A stretch of DNA of 20,762 nt, taken from the IMG/VR virus record IMGVR_UViG_2718218128_000001; one strand, 5' to 3'. Positions 8,146-14,206 of the stretch are shown piece after piece (position 1 is the stretch's first letter; every line of letters begins with the position of its first letter). The position numbers were made by a program, and so were the translations under genes. This DNA is from a virus (lineage: Duplodnaviria > Heunggongvirae > Uroviricota > Caudoviricetes). The notes under the pieces were generated by a model. That model did no database searches and was not told the DNA's origin. It saw only the letters and a program-made list of their open reading frames with translations.

Positions 8146-9915
8146 ATGACCATTTCCACAGATACAACCTTGTTGCATGACCCGCGACGGCAGGCATCGC
8201 TGCTTTACTGGCAGGGTTTTTCCGTGCCACAGATTGCCGAAATGCTGCAGGTCAAGCGCCCGACCGTGCAGAGCTGGAAGCAGCGCGACGGCTGGGACGG
8301 CATCGCGCCGATTTCCCGCGTTGAAAGCAGCCTTGAGGCTAGGCTGATTCAGCTCATCGCCAAGCCGCAAAAGACAGGGGGTGATTTCAAAGAGATTGAC
8401 CTGCTCGGACGGCAGATTGAACGGTTGGCGCGAGTCAACCGCTACAGCCAGACCGGCAACGAAGCCGACCTTAACCCCAACGTCGCCAACCGCAACAAAG
8501 GGGAGCGCAAAAAGCCGAAAAAGAATTTTTTCAGCGACGAGTCTATCGATAAACTAGAGGAATTATTTTTCGACCAGTCTTTCGAGTACCAGTTGCAGTG
8601 GTACCGCGCAGGACTGGAGCACCGTATTCGTGACATTCTCAAATCCCGCCAGATTGGCGCGACATTCTATTTCTCCCGCGAGGCACTGCTGCGCGCACTC
8701 AAAACCGGCCATAACCAGATATTTTTATCAGCCAGTAAAACGCAGGCTTACGTGTTCCGCGAATACATCATCCAGTTTGCGCGACTGGTCGACGTTGACC
8801 TGACTGGCGACCCGATTGTCATCGGTAACAACGGCGCAAAACTGATTTTTCTCGGTACCAATTCCAACACCGCGCAGAGCCATAACGGCGATCTGTATGT
8901 CGATGAAATATTCTGGATCCCGAATTTTCAGAAACTGCGCAAAGTCGCCTCGGGCATGGCCTCGCAAAAGCACCTGCGCTCGACCTATTTTTCGACACCT
9001 TCCACGCTGGCGCACGGCGCTTACCCCTTCTGGTCTGGCGAGCTGTTCAACAAGGGGCGCAGCCGGATTGCCGACCGCATCGAAATCGACATCAGTCACA
9101 GCGCGCTCGCCGGTGGCCAGCTCTGCGACGATGGCCAGTGGCGGCAGATTGTCACCATTGAGGACGCCCTTGCGGGTGGCTGCACCCTGTTCGACCTCGA
9201 CCAGCTCAAACGCGAAAACAGTGATGAGGACTTTAAGAACCTGTTTATGTGCGAGTTTGTCGACGATAAAGCGTCGGTATTCCCGTTCGAGGAGCTGCAG
9301 CGCTGCATGGTCGATGTGATGGAGGAATGGGAGGACTTTGCCCCGTTCGCCGACCATCCGTTCGGCTCTCGTCCTGTCTGGATTGGCTACGACCCGTCAC
9401 ACACCGGCGACAGTGCCGGGTGCGTCGTGCTCGCGCCGCCGGTGGTCTCTGGTGGCAAGTTCCGCATGCTGGAGCGCCACCAGTGGAAGGGCATGGATTT
9501 TGCAGCACAGGCAGAGGGCATCCGCAAGCTGACCGAGAAATACAACGTTGAATACATCGGCATTGACGCAACCGGCCTCGGTCTCGGCGTGTTCCAGCTG
9601 GTGCGCTCATTTTACCCGGCGGCACGCGGCATCCGTTACACACCTGAAATGAAAACCGCAATGGTACTCAAGGCGAAAGACACCATTCGCCGTGGCTGTC
9701 TGGAGTACGACGCCGGAGCAACCGACGTCACGCAGTCGTTTATGTCCATCCGCAAAACCATGACTAGCAGCGGGCGCAGCGCCACCTATGAGGCCAGCCG
9801 CACCGAGGAAGCCAGCCACGCCGATATCGCATGGGCGACCATGCACGCCCTGTTAAACGAACCGCTTTCTGCCGGTAGCGGCATGCAGCCTAAATCTATT
9901 CTGGAGTTCAACTAA
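8146..9915 (+). CDS. P: Terminase large (ATPase) subunit
   Basis: 589-aa ORF (P2 gpP about 590 aa), divergent from O and immediately followed by the portal gene (2-nt spacing). Confidence 0.9.
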   Translation: MTISTDTTLLHDPRRQASLLYWQGFSVPQIAEMLQVKRPTVQSWKQRDGWDGIAPISRVESSLEARLIQLIAKPQKTGGDFKEIDLLGRQIERLARVNRYSQTGNEADLNPNVANRNKGERKKPKKNFFSDESIDKLEELFFDQSFEYQLQWYRAGLEHRIRDILKSRQIGATFYFSREALLRALKTGHNQIFLSASKTQAYVFREYIIQFARLVDVDLTGDPIVIGNNGAKLIFLGTNSNTAQSHNGDLYVDEIFWIPNFQKLRKVASGMASQKHLRSTYFSTPSTLAHGAYPFWSGELFNKGRSRIADRIEIDISHSALAGGQLCDDGQWRQIVTIEDALAGGCTLFDLDQLKRENSDEDFKNLFMCEFVDDKASVFPFEELQRCMVDVMEEWEDFAPFADHPFGSRPVWIGYDPSHTGDSAGCVVLAPPVVSGGKFRMLERHQWKGMDFAAQAEGIRKLTEKYNVEYIGIDATGLGLGVFQLVRSFYPAARGIRYTPEMKTAMVLKAKDTIRRGCLEYDAGATDVTQSFMSIRKTMTSSGRSATYEASRTEEASHADIAWATMHALLNEPLSAGSGMQPKSILEFN

Positions 9916-9916
9916 A

Positions 9917-10963
9917 ATGGGTAAACAAAAATCCCGTAAAGCCAACGCACAAAAGGCCAGCAAACCACAACAACTGACCGCCAGCGCACCGCCAAAAACG
10001 ACAGCGTTCACCTTCGGCGAGCCGGTGCCGGTACTCGATAAGCGCGACATTCTGGATTACGTCGAATGCATCAGTAACGGCAAATGGTACGAGCCGCCGG
10101 TCAGCTTCTCAGGGCTGGCAAAGAGCCTGCGCTCTGCCGTGCATCACAGCTCGCCAATTTATGTTAAGCGTAACGTGCTCGCGAGCACCTACATTCCGCA
10201 CCCGTTGTTATCCCGTCAGGATTTCAGCCGCTTTGCGCTCGATTATCTGGTGTTCGGTAACGCCTTTCTTGAGCAGCGCCACAGCGTCACCGGCCAGTTA
10301 ATCAAACTGCTGGCCTCGCCAGCCAAATACACCCGACGCGGAGTCGACGATTCGATTTTCTGGTTTGTGGAAAACTTCACCCAGCCGCACGAGTTCGCGC
10401 CTGATACCGTGTTTCACCTGCTGGAGCCCGACATTAATCAGGAGATTTACGGTCTGCCGGAATATCTCAGCGCGCTTAATTCCGCTTGGCTGAATGAATC
10501 CGCGACGCTGTTCCGCCGCAAGTATTATCAGAACGGCGCGCACGCAGGCTACATCATGTATGTGACTGACCCGGCGCAAAGTGCGACCGACGTCGAATCG
10601 CTGCGCGAGGCGATGCGTAACTCGAAGGGACTCGGCAACTTTAAGAACCTGTTTTTCTACGCCCCCGGCGGAAAACCGGACGGCATCAAAATCGTGCCAC
10701 TGAGCGAGGTCGCCACAAAGGATGACTTTTTCAACATTAAGAAAGCCAGCGCCGCCGACCTGATGGACGCGCACCGCGTACCGTTCCAGCTCATGGGCGG
10801 CAAGCCCGAGAATATCGGTTCACTCGGTGACGTTGAGAAGGTGGCAAAGGTATTTGTGCGCAATGAGCTGTCGCCGCTACAGGACAGGTTCAGGGAGGTA
10901 AACGACTGGCTCGGCATGGAGGTCATCAGGTTCAAAGAGTACACCCTCGATAATCCGGAATAA
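9917..10963 (+). CDS. Q: Portal protein
   Basis: 348-aa ORF (P2 gpQ about 344 aa) downstream of P. ATG start at 9917. Confidence 0.9.
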   Translation: MGKQKSRKANAQKASKPQQLTASAPPKTTAFTFGEPVPVLDKRDILDYVECISNGKWYEPPVSFSGLAKSLRSAVHHSSPIYVKRNVLASTYIPHPLLSRQDFSRFALDYLVFGNAFLEQRHSVTGQLIKLLASPAKYTRRGVDDSIFWFVENFTQPHEFAPDTVFHLLEPDINQEIYGLPEYLSALNSAWLNESATLFRRKYYQNGAHAGYIMYVTDPAQSATDVESLREAMRNSKGLGNFKNLFFYAPGGKPDGIKIVPLSEVATKDDFFNIKKASAADLMDAHRVPFQLMGGKPENIGSLGDVEKVAKVFVRNELSPLQDRFREVNDWLGMEVIRFKEYTLDNPE

Positions 10964-10973
10964 TCACCACTCT

Positions 10974-10992
10974 AGCCGCCAGCATGGCGGCT
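10974..10992. terminator. GC-rich hairpin between convergent Q and the cargo gene (possible bidirectional terminator)
   Basis: AGCCGCC-agcat-GGCGGCT is a perfect 7-bp stem with a 5-nt loop, lying between the Q stop (10961..10963) and the convergent stop at 10994..10996. There is no U-tract, so this is weak as an intrinsic terminator. Confidence 0.3.
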
Positions 10993-10993
10993 C

Positions 10994-11719
10994 TCAATCG
11001 TGAGTGGATATTTGCGAAACAAACTCTTTAACTCCATCTCGTTCAAGTATTTTACTGTCATGGATATACTTTACGATATCCCACTCGTAGTATGTACAAG
11101 CCATTGCAACTAAAGATATTATTTTTATGTCAGTTAAGTTAACTAATGTTTCATAATAATCTTCCCGTTCAACCCCGCAATTATCTATCAACTTCACAAT
11201 CAAATAAAAGCGACGCACCACTGAAAAAATGCAATCATTAGCATCCACTTCACTTAACCACTTTGTTATTACCTCTTTTTTTACCTTGGCTTTAACTAAA
11301 ATTACAATATTATCTTCAAGATAAGTTACGGCTGCACCACTTGTAAATTCTTCGACCACCCCGTCAGTTTGTCCATCAATATCACCAACTTGAACACAAA
11401 ACCTTTCAAAGTTAGAATCCTGACATTCAACCAAATGGAAAAATCTCACTTCAAATTTTTTATACTCTTCTAAAGATTCTTGCCTTTTTACTTCATCGAT
11501 CAGGCTGGAATTAGCCTCCCTTTGAAGTTTTATTGAATTTATAAGGAGGTAAATTGTAATAAATGAAAGTATAGGGTTGACGACACCACCCAAATAATCA
11601 CCAAACTGCGCCCAAACATCAGTCTTGCTGGATAAATGTCCGTTTACTCCGAAGTTGAAGTAATACAAGGCGCACACAGCTACAATCACGCCAGCCGAAG
11701 ACAGCAACACCTTTCTCAT
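10994..11719 (-). CDS. Hypothetical membrane protein of cargo cassette: two N-terminal TM helices plus ~180-aa soluble domain; candidate effector
   Basis: 241-aa ORF with ATG start overlapping the upstream gene's stop (ATGA). Hydrophobic segments at about residues 5-25 and 44-62. The region is AT-rich, unlike the phage backbone. No family recognised by eye. Confidence 0.6.
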   Translation of the reverse strand: MRKVLLSSAGVIVAVCALYYFNFGVNGHLSSKTDVWAQFGDYLGGVVNPILSFITIYLLINSIKLQREANSSLIDEVKRQESLEEYKKFEVRFFHLVECQDSNFERFCVQVGDIDGQTDGVVEEFTSGAAVTYLEDNIVILVKAKVKKEVITKWLSEVDANDCIFSVVRRFYLIVKLIDNCGVEREDYYETLVNLTDIKIISLVAMACTYYEWDIVKYIHDSKILERDGVKEFVSQISTHD

Positions 11720-12534
11720 ACAGTTTCAACCATACGGATTAGATATTTCACCACATCACCACTTTTTACTACAACTTTGCTAACAGTAAGTTTTAGATAT
11801 GTGTAGTTATCTTGCCTGCCATTATTATTGTGTAAATTTAATGAGACCAATCTTTTTTGAGCGGCGGGTATAGCCTTTAAAGGCATGTAAAAACCAAAGG
11901 CTACTGTATCATCTTCACCTTCGATAACTAACCTACCATTTCCAGTTCTCGCATTAAATCGAGTAATAACTGCGTTAATATTAACTTGACCGGGCTTTAT
12001 TTTTGATTGTGTCAAGTTTGTAGCAGTCATTGTGTCTAACTTTGCTATTCTTTGTTTTCCAGCAGGTTTTTTATAGTTAAGTTCAACATCAAAGTTTTTT
12101 TGAAGATTTATCCTATGCATCCTTACCAAAGGTTGTCTGATACGATCAATAAGTTCATCTTCAATTTCCTCAAGCTCCTCAATAATTCCTGCAGCTTTTG
12201 GAGATAGCTCCTTAGTTTCCAGATATAGAGATTCAGAAATAAAATACCCCATGACTTCCGAGAACACAGAACGGGTCATTTTTTTTAATTCGGCAGCTAA
12301 TTCCGGCTCATTAACAATCAAGTCGAAGTTTTGACCATAAGAACTTTTAAAGCTTTGTTTGAGAACCGCTCGCGCAGGGTTAACATGAGTGCGGCGCTTA
12401 ATAATTTTTTTTCTGAGTATTGCCTCTGCTAGTATGCATGTCACCTCAGCCGTTCCAGAGAGGGTATCAAGGCCATACTCCATATCAACTTCTTGATCAC
12501 CACTTTTGATGACAACGTCATAGCTAACTTTCAT
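11716..12534 (-). CDS. Hypothetical soluble protein of cargo cassette; candidate sensor or enzymatic component
   Basis: The ORF track starts at GTG (12540). The ATG two codons in (12534) is preceded by AAGGA at 7-nt spacing, giving about 272 aa. No TM segments, and no nucleotidyltransferase or nuclease motif recognised by eye. AT-rich. Confidence 0.6.
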   Translation of the reverse strand: MKVSYDVVIKSGDQEVDMEYGLDTLSGTAEVTCILAEAILRKKIIKRRTHVNPARAVLKQSFKSSYGQNFDLIVNEPELAAELKKMTRSVFSEVMGYFISESLYLETKELSPKAAGIIEELEEIEDELIDRIRQPLVRMHRINLQKNFDVELNYKKPAGKQRIAKLDTMTATNLTQSKIKPGQVNINAVITRFNARTGNGRLVIEGEDDTVAFGFYMPLKAIPAAQKRLVSLNLHNNNGRQDNYTYLKLTVSKVVVKSGDVVKYLIRMVETV

Positions 12535-12597
12535 CGGCACATCCTTGATTTAGTAACCTTTGGTTATTATTTTTCATCTTCTACTCATTGACACCGA

Positions 12598-12626
12598 TTT
12601 TTTACACCAAAAATATCAAATTGCAA
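12598..12626 (-). promoter_or_regulatory. Candidate sigma70 promoter for the cargo cassette
   Basis: Minus strand reads TTGCAA, a 16-nt spacer, then TAAAAA, about 60 nt upstream of the cargo start codon, in an AT-rich leader. Found by eye only. Confidence 0.3.
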
Positions 12627-12642
12627 GTGTGTGCTGCGCGCA

Positions 12643-12661
12643 ATGCTTTCCCCGCCACGCC
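12643..12661. other. cos-like site (19-nt cohesive end sequence)
   Basis: Plus-strand ATGCTTTCCCCGCCACGCC is the reverse complement of GGCGTGGCGGGGAAAGCAT. That matches my recollection of the phage 186 cohesive end and differs at 2 positions from P2 (GGCGAGGCGGGGAAAGCAC). It lies in a ~450-bp non-coding GC-rich stretch, in the expected place between Q and A. Confidence 0.6.
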
Positions 12662-12826
12662 TGCCCGCTTTACGGGGCGGTTTTAATGCAGTTGCATGAA
12701 CACTCGGGATCCGCGCCAGCTCTGGCGGCGCACGGTCAGAACGGGCAACCCCTGCGAATGCAAAAGCATGCACCTGTTGCATGCACGGCTAAAAACGGGG
12801 AAATCGCGGAAAAATGGCATAAAAAA

Positions 12827-12845
12827 CCGGCATTCACGGTGCCGG
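12827..12845 (-). terminator. Rho-independent terminator for minus-strand transcription
   Basis: CCGGCA-ttcacgg-TGCCGG hairpin flanked by AAAAAA on the plus side, which is a TTTTTT tract after the stem on the minus strand. It lies downstream of the small minus-strand ORF at 12986..13177. Confidence 0.45.
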
Positions 12846-12985
12846 TTTGGGGCTGGTTTTGTCGCGATTACTGGGCGTGTAATGCGCCAATAACACTATT
12901 GAGGCACATGCTGGCAAAAATCAGCAGAAAAATCGTCGTCCACCGATTTTCATAAACGAGAGATAACATATTGATATAGATCCTT

Positions 12986-13177
12986 TTATTTGTGCATTCT
13001 AATGTGGTTTAACAGGTGTTTGATAACGACCGTAAGCTCATCTTTACTGGCTTGCTCGACCATTTTTTCGGTGTAGCTTTCCACCTCACGAGAACTCAGG
13101 TCGTTATTTGAAGCCATTACGGTCAGCTTTTTTGCCCAATCGGCAAACGGGTCTATCGATGAAAGGGAATTATGCAT
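12986..13177 (-). CDS. Small hypothetical protein (about 63 aa from the internal ATG)
   Basis: ORF with a GAGG Shine-Dalgarno-like sequence upstream of the ATG at 13177 and a terminator-like hairpin downstream. The start overlaps the divergent gene's start on an ATGCAT palindrome. No family recognised. Confidence 0.3.
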   Translation of the reverse strand: MHNSLSSIDPFADWAKKLTVMASNNDLSSREVESYTEKMVEQASKDELTVVIKHLLNHIRMHK

Positions 13178-13607
13178 GTCCAAAAACCTCGAATTATTTA
13201 ACCAGCAGACGGCGGAAATTTTTGCGGTGTTATGGGATAACTTCCCGGTGCCGCAGGTCATCACCTACGAAAAATTTAACGCCGTGCTACCTGATGACTA
13301 CTTTGACCAACTTAACTCACCGGAAATGAAAGCACTGAATCAGTTGCGTAGTGTGGTTGAGGGTACATTCACTTTTCTCAGTGAAAACGGCTACATCCAA
13401 TATGAAACAGACCATCAGACTTATTTTCGGGATGTGCGCCTGACCGAGAAAGCACTCGCCGTGCTCAACAAAAAGCCCGAGGCACTCGGCGGTAGTGAAA
13501 CGATGGGCGATAAGATTATCAGTGCGGTGAAAGACGGGACACCCGGAGTTATTGCAGGTGCGGTGACAAACCTGCTTTCACTCGGTGTCAATCTGGTAAC
13601 CAACTAA
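13176..13607 (+). CDS. Hypothetical protein, 143 aa (accessory gene)
   Basis: ATG start with a good AAGGGA Shine-Dalgarno sequence 7 nt upstream. It is on the opposite strand to the flanking phage operons and has a hydrophobic C-terminal segment (GVIAGAVTNLLSLGVNLV). No family recognised. Confidence 0.5.
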   Translation: MSKNLELFNQQTAEIFAVLWDNFPVPQVITYEKFNAVLPDDYFDQLNSPEMKALNQLRSVVEGTFTFLSENGYIQYETDHQTYFRDVRLTEKALAVLNKKPEALGGSETMGDKIISAVKDGTPGVIAGAVTNLLSLGVNLVTN

Positions 13608-13673
13608 CGCCTCGCGTGGCTCGTTGTTCAACCCGTCAGCACTGAAAGCAAGTTTCAGCACCGGCGGCGTTTG

Positions 13674-13907
13674 TTAATGCAGCCAGCTATCGTCCTCCCA
13701 TACCTGCTGCATGATTTCCATTACTCGTTTTTTATCTTCGTCCAGTTTCAAACCGCTTAGTTCAACGCCATTAGCGGAGCCCTTGCGAATTCGGATAGCA
13801 GTCTTTGGGTAAATAGGTTGAAGATTGCGGTACAGTTCAGCCTCAAGTGCATCCAATGTTGCCTGACTAATTTTTTGCTCTTTATCCAACGTGATATTGA
13901 TTCTCAT
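13674..13907 (-). CDS. DinI-family protein (Tum-like antirepressor candidate)
   Basis: 77 aa, alignable by eye to E. coli DinI: MRI.VT. at the N-terminus, DAL..EL.R..Q in the middle, EDK.R..EI.Q..WE near the C-terminus. Downstream of a LexA box. Confidence 0.8.
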   Translation of the reverse strand: MRINITLDKEQKISQATLDALEAELYRNLQPIYPKTAIRIRKGSANGVELSGLKLDEDKKRVMEIMQQVWEDDSWLH

Positions 13908-13910
13908 AAT

Positions 13911-14093
13911 CTAATCAGCCTTATAAAAATTATCATCTTCGGTTTCGTTATTTTCGCTGTTTGCTAGGTCTGCAATGAGAGTGAGCGCGAGCTTTAAGTC
14001 TGATGGCTTGCAGTTTGCAATCAGAGATACCTCGGCAATAAATTGCACACAAGCCCACTTTTGCTGCGTTCGGCTGAAATGTTCGCCAACCAT
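13911..14093 (-). CDS. Small hypothetical protein (60 aa), first gene of the LexA-box operon
   Basis: ATG start preceded by a strong GGGAGGGA Shine-Dalgarno sequence. Its stop lies 3 nt before the DinI-like start, suggesting coupling. The LexA box is about 20 nt upstream. Confidence 0.45.
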   Translation of the reverse strand: MVGEHFSRTQQKWACVQFIAEVSLIANCKPSDLKLALTLIADLANSENNETEDDNFYKAD

Positions 14094-14112
14094 GAAATCC
14101 CTCCCATAGGGT

Positions 14113-14132
14113 TACTGTATGTTTATACAGTA
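14113..14132. promoter_or_regulatory. LexA (SOS) box
   Basis: TACTGTATGTTTATACAGTA has perfect CTGT-N8-ACAG spacing and matches 17 of 20 positions of the consensus TACTGTATATATATACAGTA. It sits between the stop of gene A and the 60-aa/DinI-like operon. Confidence 0.75.
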
Positions 14133-14206
14133 GCACGTATTGGCAAAAGATGGGAAGAAAAAAAACGAATAGAGCGATTGCTGTATGTGCATGATATGGA
14201 TATGAA

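Noticed and set aside
8728-9357. 209-aa minus-strand ORF, with several other 60-140 aa ORFs in 8897..9846
   Set aside because: All are embedded antisense or out of frame inside the terminase large subunit gene P, so they are GC-rich frame artefacts.
10298-10774. 158-aa minus-strand ORF
   Set aside because: Antisense within the portal gene Q, with no independent support.
11716-12540. Possible CBASS or Pycsar cyclase identity for the upstream cargo protein
   Set aside because: No GS...[DE]h[DE] nucleotidyltransferase motif or cyclase signature is visible and the protein is rather short. The two-gene layout resembles those systems, but the assignment would be unsupported.
12560-12955. 131-aa plus-strand ORF spanning the GC-rich non-coding stretch
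   Set aside because: It runs across the cos-like site and the terminator hairpin, has no ribosome-binding site, and has Cys/His/Trp-rich improbable composition. The region is better explained as the cos and packaging region.
14179-14194. Second LexA-like half-site (gCTGTatgtgcat) near the gene A stop
   Set aside because: It has CTGT but no matching ACAG at N8 spacing, so it is not a LexA box.
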